From NCBI GenBank assembly GCA_964291655.2, contig OZ219802.1:2176001-2240000 (forward strand): DNA of 64,000 nucleotides, read 5' to 3'. A program made the position numbers and the translations under genes. The notes below the pieces were generated by a model. The model worked only from the letters and a program-made list of their open reading frames with translations, ran no database searches and had not been told where the DNA came from. Shown here piece after piece: positions 40,026-49,485 of this stretch (position 1 is the stretch's first letter; each line of letters starts with the position of its first letter). The DNA comes from Chloroflexota bacterium (GTDB lineage: Bacteria; Chloroflexota; UBA11872; VXOZ01).

Positions 40026-41583
40026 TAGGCTGTCTCAATATTTTGGTGCGGGGCACGGTGAATGGGGTGAGAAGGACAGACAGATGGCGGGTGGTATGAA
40101 CAAGACGGTGCCAGTGAGAGACTCGTCCCCGGGGCGACGCTGGACTACACCCAGACCGCCACAGGGCGTGGAGGCTCTTGAGATTGAACGCGGTGGCCAG
40201 CAGGTGCCATTCGGACGTCACGTGGCTGCGGCCTCTGAGCAGGAAGCGCCTGGCACTGTGCCACTCCTTGAGCAGGCCAAAGACCGGCTCGACGATGGTA
40301 CTCCGGCGGCGGTACACCTGCTTGGCAGGCGCGGTGGCCATCAACTGCCTGTGCCGTTGCAGTATTGGCTCGTAGGCGCTGATCTTTATGGAGCGGCCCC
40401 TCTGGGAGGAGGTGCAGACGCCGAAGGCCGGACAGGTTCTGCAGTCCCGGCCGTTGGCTTGGTACCGCTTGACCCGGTAGCCGTTGCTGTGGGTCAAGCG
40501 GTGCGTGTAGGTGAGCACCTTTTGCTGGGGACACAGGTAGGTGTCGGTCTCTGGACGGTAGGTGAAGTGGTCTTTATGGTAGGGGTTGCGGCGTCTGCGC
40601 TCGTGGGTCGTGGGCATCAATACCGTGTGGCCGCCGGCGTGGCACGTGGCGAGGTTGGCCCCCGAATGGTAGCCGGCGTCCGCAACGGTCACCACGTCCC
40701 GCGCGGCGTCGATGTTCTCCTGCGCCGCCTCGATCAGCGGCGCCAGGTGGGGATGGTCGTCGGCACTGGCGCTCACGTCCACGGCTGTGATCAACCTCCC
40801 CCCTGCGCCCTCGTCCGGGGACGCAAGAGGGGAGACCAGCGCCTGGGCGTTGTAGCCGGTGATGAAGCCACCCATGCCAGTCTTGAGCAGGGCCGCGTCC
40901 GCATCAGTCAGGTTCGTGTAGCGCGGCCCGTCCTCAGCCGCGACGCGGGCGAGCGCGTCGTCCACCCGCCGCCGCAGGGCCTGGGCATCGGCAAGTTCCT
41001 GCGGCAAAGTCGCTGGCGGCGCGTCGCCCCCCGTGGCGTTCTGCGCCTCCAGGTCCGCGATCGCTTGCTCGGTGCGGGACAACAGCCGCTGCAGCCCCTG
41101 CGCGTCGTGGGTATGCCGCGTCCCGGCGTTGGCCGCGATCCTGGTGCCGTCCACCGCCTGGATTGCCAACTCCACCAGGCCGGCTCGCACCGCCGTGCGC
41201 ACCGTGCGCTTGAGCAGCGTCCGCATCCGGTCGCGGTGCGCCTTGTAGAAGCGCCACAGCGTGTTGTGGTCCGGCTGCTGCATCCCCACCAGCCACAGGT
41301 ACGGTACCTGATCCCGGCAGGCTGCCTCCAGCTTGCGGCTCGAGCGCACGCCGGTCATGAAGCCGTAGACCCATACGCCCAGCAGCGCGCGCGGATGGTA
41401 GGCCCCGGCGCCACGCGGATCGCCTTGCAGGTCAATCTCCATCGCCTCCCAGGCCGCAGCATCGAGGCTGTCCACGAACGCTGCCGCAAACCTGACAGGA
41501 TGGTCGTCCGGGATCAGTTCGTCCAGCGTCGGCGGCAACAGCCAGGCCTGTTCACGACTAAACGGTCTCAACGGCATCGTCAC
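39877..41583 (-). CDS. IS1182 transposase (ORF reads through the IR into flanking DNA)
   Basis: LLPPTLDELIP..HP, YHPR..L, SSRKLE, PDHNTL, DGT, GYNAQ, DAGY, C..CP, RR..VEPVFG. Confidence 0.93.
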   Translation of the reverse strand: MTMPLRPFSREQAWLLPPTLDELIPDDHPVRFAAAFVDSLDAAAWEAMEIDLQGDPRGAGAYHPRALLGVWVYGFMTGVRSSRKLEAACRDQVPYLWLVGMQQPDHNTLWRFYKAHRDRMRTLLKRTVRTAVRAGLVELAIQAVDGTRIAANAGTRHTHDAQGLQRLLSRTEQAIADLEAQNATGGDAPPATLPQELADAQALRRRVDDALARVAAEDGPRYTNLTDADAALLKTGMGGFITGYNAQALVSPLASPDEGAGGRLITAVDVSASADDHPHLAPLIEAAQENIDAARDVVTVADAGYHSGANLATCHAGGHTVLMPTTHERRRRNPYHKDHFTYRPETDTYLCPQQKVLTYTHRLTHSNGYRVKRYQANGRDCRTCPAFGVCTSSQRGRSIKISAYEPILQRHRQLMATAPAKQVYRRRSTIVEPVFGLLKEWHSARRFLLRGRSHVTSEWHLLATAFNLKSLHALWRSGCSPASPRGRVSHWHRLVHTTRHLSVLLTPFTVPRTKILRQPIGERAGVRGFLLTPSSLPARPIYRSAIAGKSSQNAGISPSPPYRVRGRL

Positions 41584-41669
41584 TACCTCTCTACAAACTA
41601 TCCCACCACCTCACCTTGCTTCTCTTCACACCAGTATATATCCAGTAGATCTATTTTTGAGACACCCTC
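40026..41669 (-). mobile_element. IS1182-family insertion sequence
   Basis: IRs TAGGCTGTCTCAA / GAGGGTGTCTCAA; 4-bp TSD CCGA equals the loop of CCCTCTCC-CCGA-GGAGAGGG. Confidence 0.9.
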
Positions 41670-41936
41670 CCGAGGAGAGGGTGCAGAGCGCGGAGCCGAG
41701 TGAACATGGAGCCGCTCCGGTTCCCTCTCCGGCGGGAGAGGGTTAGAGCCTGCCCCGTACACGATACAACGTATCGGCACGATACGGGGGTATACCTTGG
41801 GAGAAGCCGATGTGGTCCGCCTGACAGGGCGCGTCAGAACCTTTTCGATCTCTCCCGTGCGTCGCTTGCCCGGGTAGGAAAAGGTGGCCTAGCGCTTTCT
41901 CCCGACTGGGCGTTGGCGCGCGGCGTTTGCGAACGC

Positions 41937-42419
41937 CTACGGGGTGGGAGAGTCTTTCATAGCGTCATAGTTGGCGAGTATTTTGGTGGTGGTGGACTCC
42001 AAAACGCGCAGTTCTTCTGTGCTAACGCCATCTACAAGCTTGGCGTAGTACTCGCGCATGCGCTCATGGAGGCGCTGCGCCAGTTCGCTCCCCTCTTCAG
42101 TTAGCGATAGCATTACGGTGCGCCGATCGCTGCGCAGCCGTCGCCTACGCAGCATTCCCATATCGACCAGCGTGTTCACGACGCGGCTTATGCGGGAAGC
42201 ATCCACGGGGAGCACGCTCGCCAGTTCCGTTGCAGTGCACTCGTTTCGCTGAATACACGCATTCAGGAGGGAGAATTCCACGTGGTTGAGGCCGAAGGGC
42301 GCCGCCTCTTCCATCATTCCTTTGAAGATCGCGGTCTCCAGCCTGATCACACAGGCCTCTAAGTCCACTGCCGACTCGCGCACCGAGTCGTTTTGGAACT
42401 CTTGGTTCTCAGTGGTCAT
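41937..42419 (-). CDS. MarR-family transcriptional regulator
   Basis: ELA...SRISRVV..LV..G...DRR...LTEEG. Confidence 0.92.
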   Translation of the reverse strand: MTTENQEFQNDSVRESAVDLEACVIRLETAIFKGMMEEAAPFGLNHVEFSLLNACIQRNECTATELASVLPVDASRISRVVNTLVDMGMLRRRRLRSDRRTVMLSLTEEGSELAQRLHERMREYYAKLVDGVSTEELRVLESTTTKILANYDAMKDSPTP

Positions 42420-42769
42420 GCATTACTTTTCTTAGCAAATATTGCGTCTGAAAAAATCGAAGCGTTTTTTTGATTGTACTCCTCAGAGAGCCTTGCCGCA
42501 ACTTATCATCAAGCGTCTCCCTTCGTGTGTCCGATCGTGGCCGTAGATACAGGCGCTGCCGGATACTGTTATGCGGATTTTCTGGGTCTGGGAGCGAGCT
42601 TCCGACTTCCACGCTTTGCGCGCGCATACACTAACTTCGCAGGCGGGATTGGCAATACGCACACCTACACCAGCGACGAGGTTCGGTGCGCCAAACGAGC
42701 GTCGCGGGTAGTGCGATCTAGGCTAAACACGCGACGTTAGCGACTGGTAGCGGAGGCATGAACGGCGCG

Positions 42770-43603
42770 TTAATCGAGAGCGGCGAGTACGGTTACTCGG
42801 AGCACACCCAAAGCTGGGTCCGGCTCGACCGTAGCCTTCACCCGGAAGACGTCCGCAAGGTTTTCTGCGGTGAGCACGTCGCTCACAGGGCCGCGCGCGT
42901 GCGCCTTGCCGCGGTGTAGCAACATCAGGCGGTCGCAAAAGCGCGCGGCAAGGTTGAGGTCATGCACCACGGCAACGGCCGTGAGGCCCTGGCGCACCAG
43001 GCTGCGGATCAGCGTAAAAACCTGAAGTTGGTGCTGCACGTCGAGGCCCGCCGTCGGTTCGTCCAGTAAGAGCAGCCGCGGTTGTTGGGTGAGCGCCCGC
43101 GCCAGGAGCACGCGCTGGCGCTCGCCGGCGGATACCTCGGTGATGAGGCGCGTTACGAACTCTTCGGTCTCGGTGTCCTTCATGCGTTGCCTGGCAAGGT
43201 CACGATCATGCGCGCCTTCGGTTTGAAAACGGCCCAGATGTGGGTTTCTCCCCATCAGGACTACCTCCAAGCACGAGAATGCAAAGTTAAGCGTGGTGCT
43301 CTGCGGCAGCAGCGCGATGTGCCGCGCAATCTCTTGGGGCGACTGGCGCCGCAAGTCGACGCCATCCAAGCACACCCGGCCGGTAGCGGGCGAGAGGAGC
43401 TGGCTAATGCACCTCAGCAGGGTGGACTTGCCGGCCCCGTTGGGCCCAATGAGGCCAAGCAAGCTCCCACTGCGCACCTCCAGGGAAACCGCTTCCAGCA
43501 ACTGCGTCATGCCCACGGCAAAGGAAACGTCATGCGCGGCGAGTTCGGCGCCTTCGATGCGTCGGGAATCTGTGATTCCCGCGGAATCAGAGGACGTACT
43601 CAC
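42770..43603 (-). CDS. Iron-chelate/cobalamin ABC transporter ATPase
   Basis: GPNGAGKST, SAGERQR, LLDEPT, VHDLNLA. Confidence 0.93.
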   Translation of the reverse strand: MSTSSDSAGITDSRRIEGAELAAHDVSFAVGMTQLLEAVSLEVRSGSLLGLIGPNGAGKSTLLRCISQLLSPATGRVCLDGVDLRRQSPQEIARHIALLPQSTTLNFAFSCLEVVLMGRNPHLGRFQTEGAHDRDLARQRMKDTETEEFVTRLITEVSAGERQRVLLARALTQQPRLLLLDEPTAGLDVQHQLQVFTLIRSLVRQGLTAVAVVHDLNLAARFCDRLMLLHRGKAHARGPVSDVLTAENLADVFRVKATVEPDPALGVLRVTVLAALD

Positions 43604-44718
43604 AGGATATTGCCCTGTCGTTTACTGCGGTACAGCAGGTAGAGGAAGAAGGGCGCGCCAAAGAAGGCGGTGATGAGTCCCACCCGCAACTCCTGGGGAC
43701 GCAAGAGCAGACGCGACCCAAAATCCGCCCACGTGAGCAGCACGGCTCCCGTCAGGAGACTTGTCGGCAGTACAATGCGGTGATCGGGGCCTACAATTAG
43801 GCGCACCATGTGCGGTACAACCAGGCCGACAAAGCCGATAATCCCGCTCACCGCCACGGCAACCGCCGTGATGAGGGCTGCCAGCGTGAGCATGATCAAC
43901 CGGACGCGCCGCACGTCTACCCCCATGCTCCGCGCGGTGTCCTCTCCCAATGACATCAAGTTAAGGTCTCGGGCAAAGAAGAGTAAGAGGAGGCTGCCTA
44001 CCACAATAAATGGAAGAATGAGTTGCACGTGCGTCCAGCTACGGGCGCCGAGACTGCCGGTGAGCCAAAACACGATCTCGCGCATGGAATTGACGTTGGC
44101 CGTAAGCGTAAGCACAGCTGAAATGATGGAACCGATGAAGGCTTGCACCGCGACGCCGGCGAGGATCATCGTCGTCAGTGGGTCCACACCACGTGTTGCG
44201 GCCAACACGTAGACTAGCATCACGGCAGCCAAGGCTCCCAAGAAGGCAAGTGCCGGCGTGGCCAGGTAGTGGACGCTGCGTATGCCAAAATGAATGGCGA
44301 TCACCGCCCCCAGCGCTCCGCCGGCCGACACCCCGATGATGCCGGGATCGGCGAGGGGATTGCGGAAGATGCCCTGCATGGTCGCTCCCGCCAACGCCAG
44401 TGCCGCCCCCACCAGGGCCGCCGTCAGCACGCGCGGCAGGCGCACGTGACTGATGACGCTCCATTGCACGTCGGTGGCAGTCGCGCCGAGCGGAATGCCC
44501 ATCTGCTGCAAGACGATCGATGCGGTTACGCCCAACGGCACGTCTACGGCGCCAATTGCCATGGTCACGACAAATGATATAAAGAGCAGCAGCGCGAGCA
44601 TTCCCAGCGCTAAGGCGAGTCTCAGCGCTAGTGGGGCTTCAACATCCAGTGTCCGCCGCAGCAAATTCGAGTTAGTCCGCGTCTTTGACGGGGTCGGTGC
44701 CTTTGACGAATTCTGCAC
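43600..44718 (-). CDS. FecCD/BtuC-family permease
   Basis: RLPR, RNPLADP, GEDTARSMG, GFVGLVVPH. Confidence 0.93.
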   Translation of the reverse strand: MQNSSKAPTPSKTRTNSNLLRRTLDVEAPLALRLALALGMLALLLFISFVVTMAIGAVDVPLGVTASIVLQQMGIPLGATATDVQWSVISHVRLPRVLTAALVGAALALAGATMQGIFRNPLADPGIIGVSAGGALGAVIAIHFGIRSVHYLATPALAFLGALAAVMLVYVLAATRGVDPLTTMILAGVAVQAFIGSIISAVLTLTANVNSMREIVFWLTGSLGARSWTHVQLILPFIVVGSLLLLFFARDLNLMSLGEDTARSMGVDVRRVRLIMLTLAALITAVAVAVSGIIGFVGLVVPHMVRLIVGPDHRIVLPTSLLTGAVLLTWADFGSRLLLRPQELRVGLITAFFGAPFFLYLLYRSKRQGNIL

Positions 44719-44944
44719 GAAAGTGGGAGCTATCCTTAGCTAGGTTCCATGGCAAAACATGTTGAGTTCTCTAGGTCAGTGTAGCCAATGTTGTCTCACA
44801 AACACTACCGAGGCGAAACTAGCGCGACAAATCGAGCGCTACCCCCCCTCTCACGGTAGCCCAGGTTTCCAGCCCGCGCCACCTGGTGGAGGGGCAGCCC
44901 TTGTGGCTGCCCCTTTTGCTTGCAGCGTGGGCAACCACGAGGGT

Positions 44945-45185
44945 CAATGCTGTCGCGCAAAACCCGATGGGTCCCGTCCTCCCCGTTCGTGCTGAGGGCT
45001 TCGCGCAGCCCCTGTCGAAGTATGAACGGGGAGGAGACCGCCACAACCGTTACTCCGTTTCCTTCCCCATTCACCCTTCGACAAGCTCAGGGCGAACGGA
45101 TCTGCCACGCCCGCTTCCATTCCATCTCCCACTTTCAAGATTGGAGGACGAACGGCATGCGCTAAGAGTGAATGCGACAACATTG
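44945..45185. mobile_element. IS4-like MITE (241 bp) in the centre of a REP
   Basis: IRs CAATGCTGTCGC / GCGACAACATTG; 11-bp near-TSD ACCACGAGGGT/ACCACAAGGGT; contains a CCCTTCGACAAGCTCAGGGCGAACGG-type repeat pair. Confidence 0.75.
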
Positions 45186-45254
45186 ACCACAAGGGTTGCC
45201 CCGACATTACTATGTTGGGCCGTGAGGCCAACCCATCCGGCGCCGAAGCCAATT

Positions 45255-46262
45255 TCACTGCACGAGATCGGGATGAAGCAGCTTCGCCACGTCGAAAACG
45301 CCTTCCACAATATAGTGCGACAGCGTCGACAAATGGCGCGCCGGCACGGTGTAAATGTGGCCGTTCTTTTTCGCGTTCACGTTTGCCAGAGCGGGATGAT
45401 TGCTGAAGTTCTCCTGCCACTTGGCATTGTCTTCCGGCGCGAATTCGTCGGTAATTATCACGTCGGGATTGAGTTCCACGATCTTCTCCAGCGATATCTC
45501 GCCAAAAGGACCGTCCAGCACCTCATCGCCGAGGTTGATACCGCCGGCGCGCTGCACGATATCGCTAAAGGTCGAGCCCTTGCCGGCGGAACTGCCAAAG
45601 GCCGTGTAGAACAGGACCCGGGGCTTGGTCTCCGCCTTGGCTACCTGTGCCTCAATTGCCGCCAGCCGCTCTTCCATGGCGGCGATCAGTTCCTCGGCGC
45701 GCTCCTCGTCACCGGTGAGATGCGCGACAAAACGAATGTTGTCCGCCACTTGACCAACCGAATCGAAGAGCGACACCACCACGACCGGAATCCCGGCGTC
45801 CCTCAGCAACTTTATATGGTCGGGGTTGTTATATGTAGCTGCCAAGACGAGGTCCGGTTCCAGGGCGATGATCTGCTCCGGATCGGACTGCACGGTGTTC
45901 TCGACCTGCTGGGCAATTTCGCTCACGTTCGTCCACATCGAGTCTCCGGCCAGATAGGTCACACCACGTACGCGTGCCGTATCCACAAGCGAGAGCAGGA
46001 TTTCGTCTGTGCCCAAGGTGAGTGAAACTATACGTTGTGGCTGCTGGGGGATGGTTACCTCGTTCCCCAAACCATCCGTGATCGTGCGCGGAAAGCCCTG
46101 GCTGTCCGCGGATGTTGTTTCTGCCGCGGCGGGCGCGGTTCCCTGCTCCCCTGGCGCGGCAACCGGTTGCACGGCGCAACCGGCCAAGAATACCGCCAAA
46201 GCGATGAGCAGACTGAACAGCGAGCGTCGGGTACGCCCTTGCGTGCGCGTACGTGAATCCAT
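45255..46262 (-). CDS. BtuF/FecB-type substrate-binding lipoprotein
   Basis: LAGC lipobox, FPRTITD, PQRIVSL...TDEIL, EQIIALEPDLV, NPDVII. Confidence 0.92.
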   Translation of the reverse strand: MDSRTRTQGRTRRSLFSLLIALAVFLAGCAVQPVAAPGEQGTAPAAAETTSADSQGFPRTITDGLGNEVTIPQQPQRIVSLTLGTDEILLSLVDTARVRGVTYLAGDSMWTNVSEIAQQVENTVQSDPEQIIALEPDLVLAATYNNPDHIKLLRDAGIPVVVVSLFDSVGQVADNIRFVAHLTGDEERAEELIAAMEERLAAIEAQVAKAETKPRVLFYTAFGSSAGKGSTFSDIVQRAGGINLGDEVLDGPFGEISLEKIVELNPDVIITDEFAPEDNAKWQENFSNHPALANVNAKKNGHIYTVPARHLSTLSHYIVEGVFDVAKLLHPDLVQ

Positions 46263-46414
46263 GGAATCCCTTCCTCCTCGTGGGGACTGCAGCAAAGCGG
46301 CACTGCCACCGTGCAGGAGAGAGCAAGCCGCCGAGAACGGCAGACGGTAAGAAGACCGAAAGGTCGTTCTGAACGAAAGGGGCAGTTGCGCCAGAGCGGG
46401 TCCGGCCCAACCGG

Positions 46415-46488
46415 CCTCCCTGGGGCGACTCGAACGCCCGACACGCAGTTTAGGAAACTGCTGCTCTATCCAACTGAGCTACAGGGAG
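46415..46488 (-). tRNA. tRNA-Arg(CCT)
   Basis: Acceptor stem CTCCCTG/CAGGGAG, D-arm TAGCTCAGTTGGATAGAGC, anticodon arm GCAGT-TTCCTAA-ACTGC, T-loop GTTCGAGTC; CCA not encoded. Confidence 0.95.
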
Positions 46489-46561
46489 TTATGTATACGC
46501 ATACCAGAGTGTCTCTGTCCATTATGCCGTAGCCACCTCATCCCTGCATGACAGTCACCAC

Positions 46562-46608
46562 ATACTATATATTGTGTAGAGGAGAGTCTAAAACACAATA
46601 TATTGCTC
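46562..46608. promoter_or_regulatory. Tandem NrdR-box-like operators
   Basis: ATACTATATATTGTGT (46562) and ACACAATATATTGCTC (46593), 31 bp apart, matching acaCwAtATaTwGtgt. Confidence 0.75.
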
Positions 46609-46614
46609 TGTCAA
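46585..46614 (-). promoter_or_regulatory. Sigma70-type promoter facing tRNA-Arg
   Basis: TTGACA-18 bp-TAGACT on the minus strand. Confidence 0.55.
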
Positions 46615-46742
46615 GGGAATCCAGCGTCTATAGTGCCTTTTTTTGGGATATCCCCATCAGGTACTCCTCCCTGCTTGGCCGAGGCCTGGCGATGAAACAC
46701 AGGAGGCCAAGCAGCCAGGCCGGTCGTAACCGCAAAGAAGAC

Positions 46743-46770
46743 GTAGGGGCACGATATATCGTGCCCCTAC
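46743..46770. repeat. GTAG-type REP palindrome
   Basis: Perfect palindrome GTAGGGGCACGATATATCGTGCCCCTAC. Confidence 0.88.
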
Positions 46771-46917
46771 GTCTTCGAAGAAACCCTGTCTTCAAGAAGC
46801 CATAAGCAAGGAGAAGCTGGAATCAGCATCCATGCTGATTCCAGGAGAGCGCCAGTGTCGAAACGCGGTTGCGTCAATATTCGCGCGAACGAGGAAAGCG
46901 GCAAGAGGGGACTGTAC

Positions 46918-48195
46918 TCACCAATACCGCATGGCGTCCTCGAACATGCGCGCCAGGTCGTCCGCCGTTGCTTGGCGCGGCGAGAGCTTGGTGACGCGGT
47001 GCTGTGGCAATGTGCCTTCCACCAGCGCTGGGATGTCCTCGGTGGTGTACCCGACGGCGCTGAGGCCGTTTGGCACCTGGAGTACTTGCATGAGTTCGAT
47101 CAGCCGGTCGGCGAGGACTTTGCCGGCGTCTTTTGGCATCACCCCACACACGTTTGCGCCCAGCAGTTCAGCCGCGCGAGTGTGGCGCGTCGGCCCCGCC
47201 GCCGCCGTGAAGCGGAAGACGGCCGGCGCATTCAGAATAACGGCCATGCCGTGGGGCACGATGGGCTGGTCGCCCGCGTAGCCGGCCGGGTGATAATCAC
47301 GCACCATGCCAGCGACGGGATAGGACATGCCGTGGGGCAGGTGCACGCCCGCGTTGCCGAAGCCGATACCCGCAAAGGACGCCGCCAGCAGCATTTTTTC
47401 GCGGGCCTCTCTGTCTTCCGGGTCCGCCATCGCCCGCGGCAGGTACTCCGCCACCATCTCGAGCGTCTGGCCGGACCACAAGTCGCTCACGGGATTAGAC
47501 CCCTGGTACGCCGGTCGCAGGATGGGTCGATCGGGATACGGCCGCAAGGTGTAGGCAATTGCTGTAAAGGACTCCAAGGCGTGGCTGAGCACGTCGCAGC
47601 CGGTAGAAGCAACTGCCGTGGGCGAAAGGGTGGCGGTGTTTTCCGGATCGATGATGCCGAGCATGGGCTTGAGATTGCGGTGGGAGATGCCGGTCTTGGC
47701 GTGCATCGCGACGAGATCGAAGATGGCGGTGCCGGTAGTCTCGCTGCCGGTGCCGGCGGTGGTCGGTATCGCGATCAGCGGCTTCAGTGGTCCGGGGACC
47801 GGCAGCCCCTTGCCGATGGGGGCGTTAACGTAGTCGAGAAAGTCGGCCGGATAAGTGGCGTAGAGATTGGCCGCTTTCGCCGTATCGATCGTCGAGCCGC
47901 CGCCCACCGCGACGAACGAGTCTACCTCTTCCTCGACGGCAAACGCTATAGCCTCTTGAAACGATGTATCGGTCGGCTCTATCTGGACTTGATCAAAGAG
48001 CACGTACGGTACGCGAGCCTCCTCGAGGGCAGCCAGCACTGTCACGACCGGCGGCAGTTGCCGCAAGACCGGGTCCGTGACCACCATCACGCGCTTAACG
48101 CCGAGCTCCGCCAGGTCCAATCCCACTTCGCGGGTGACACCCCAGCCGAAGCGGATGCTGGAAGCCGCCATTTCAAAGGCGATGTCTTGTTCCAT
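46918..48195 (-). CDS. Hydroxyacid-oxoacid transhydrogenase (iron-containing ADH family)
   Basis: AFEMAASSIRFG, GGGS.IDTAK, DYVNAPIGKG, RPAYQGSNP, GVHLPHGMSYP. Confidence 0.93.
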   Translation of the reverse strand: MEQDIAFEMAASSIRFGWGVTREVGLDLAELGVKRVMVVTDPVLRQLPPVVTVLAALEEARVPYVLFDQVQIEPTDTSFQEAIAFAVEEEVDSFVAVGGGSTIDTAKAANLYATYPADFLDYVNAPIGKGLPVPGPLKPLIAIPTTAGTGSETTGTAIFDLVAMHAKTGISHRNLKPMLGIIDPENTATLSPTAVASTGCDVLSHALESFTAIAYTLRPYPDRPILRPAYQGSNPVSDLWSGQTLEMVAEYLPRAMADPEDREAREKMLLAASFAGIGFGNAGVHLPHGMSYPVAGMVRDYHPAGYAGDQPIVPHGMAVILNAPAVFRFTAAAGPTRHTRAAELLGANVCGVMPKDAGKVLADRLIELMQVLQVPNGLSAVGYTTEDIPALVEGTLPQHRVTKLSPRQATADDLARMFEDAMRYW

Positions 48196-48658
48196 TACTT
48201 TGCTCCTTAGTGTTTGATCAAGAGCCTTGTGCGCAGGAAGTCCGTACCCGCGCAAACCGGCTCACTTCGTGCCAAGCGTGACGCTCGTGGCCACGCTGCC
48301 GGACCGTCGTTGCTACTTTCGTTTGTTGGGCTGGTTCTGTCGGCTCACCCTTAGCGTCAGAATACTATGTTCACGCAGGCGATGCTCACAGCAGCCGAGA
48401 GTGCCCAGCCTCCAGAGCGGTTGCGCCACGCCGTTTGGAAGCTAGCTGCCGGACCCTGAAACAATGCCGGACGTGTGGATGGTAGCGACGCCTGGAGTAC
48501 GCGCGACGACGGTAACGGTGTTACGTGGGGAAGAGTTCCGGCGGTCTCGCACACGGGCCGCAGGGGGCTGCAGCGGTTGGAGTATGGCGATACAGCGGCT
48601 ATAATGCCCGTTGTGTAAGTGCTGCCCAAATCACTCAATGAGATGAGGAGTCCCCATC

Positions 48659-49051
48659 ATGAAGAAAGAACCCCTACTCGGCGCGGGCATGTCCCAGCCG
48701 TCCGCCCCCTACTCCATGGCCCTGCGCGTGCAAGCCAACGAGATGCTCTACATTGCCGGTCAAGGGCCGACGGCCGGCGACGGCAGTATTGTCGGCGCGG
48801 GCGACATCGAAGCCCAGGTGCGCCAGGTCTTTGCCAACATCGAGTCTCTCTTGGAGGCCGCCGGCGCGGACTTCAACAATGTCGTCTTCATGAATATGTA
48901 CGTCACTGATATCCGTTTCCGCGAGACCATCACCCTGGTCCGCAACGAAATCCTCGAGCCGCCCTTCCCCGCCGCCACCATGGTACAAATCGGCTCCCTG
49001 GCGTCCACCGACTGGCTGGTGGAGATCGACGCGGTAGCCGCGCTGGACTAA
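48659..49051 (+). CDS. RidA/YjgF family protein
   Basis: PYS...LYIAGQ, PAATMVQI..L...LVEIDAVA. Confidence 0.92.
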   Translation: MKKEPLLGAGMSQPSAPYSMALRVQANEMLYIAGQGPTAGDGSIVGAGDIEAQVRQVFANIESLLEAAGADFNNVVFMNMYVTDIRFRETITLVRNEILEPPFPAATMVQIGSLASTDWLVEIDAVAALD

Positions 49052-49154
49052 CTGCTTCACAGTCTTGAAAGATTAGGGTCTGCAAGAATGTGTGGACAAC
49101 GGAGCAACGAGAGGTTGGCTGACCGCGCATGCTTTGCGTGATTGCCCCACTCAC

Positions 49155-49183
49155 TTGACAGAAGAGCTCAAGCAGCCTAGTCT
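49155..49183 (+). promoter_or_regulatory. Promoter of the toxin-antitoxin operon
   Basis: TTGACA-17 bp-TAGTCT, with repeated CTAGTC(T/A)G as a possible operator. Confidence 0.55.
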
Positions 49184-49220
49184 GAGCACTAGTCAGTAGT
49201 GTTATTGGTGGGAGCAAGAC

Positions 49221-49481
49221 ATGAGCAAGAAGTGGCCGGTTCAAGATGCCAAATCAAGATTCAGCGAGCTCATCGAAACCGTCCTCGCCGAGGGACCGCA
49301 AATCGTCACCAGGCGTGGGGTGGAAACCGCAGTGATCCTTCCCATTGAGCAATGGCGAAGGTTGGAGTCGATGACGAGACCGGACTTGAAGGAACTCCTG
49401 CTCGCGAGTGAGGCGCGGACTGAAAACCTCACGCCGCCACGGCGACAGCATCGCCACCGACCACCCTTGGTCATGGAATAG
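49221..49481 (+). CDS. Phd/YefM-family antitoxin
   Basis: WPVQDAKSRFSEL...GPQIVTRRG. Confidence 0.92.
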   Translation: MSKKWPVQDAKSRFSELIETVLAEGPQIVTRRGVETAVILPIEQWRRLESMTRPDLKELLLASEARTENLTPPRRQHRHRPPLVME

Positions 49482-49485
49482 GCCC

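Noticed and set aside
40084-41703. 539-aa plus-strand ORF and many other long antisense ORFs (e.g. 2593-3816, 46855-48210)
   Set aside because: Shadow ORFs of GC-rich genes on the opposite strand with no recognisable motifs.
44886-46025. 379-aa plus-strand ORF
   Set aside because: It spans REP/MITE DNA and the antisense strand of the binding-protein gene.
46263-46414. Cobalamin riboswitch before the BtuF-like gene
   Set aside because: The conserved GGGAA / GCCACTG / B12-box elements are not recognisable.
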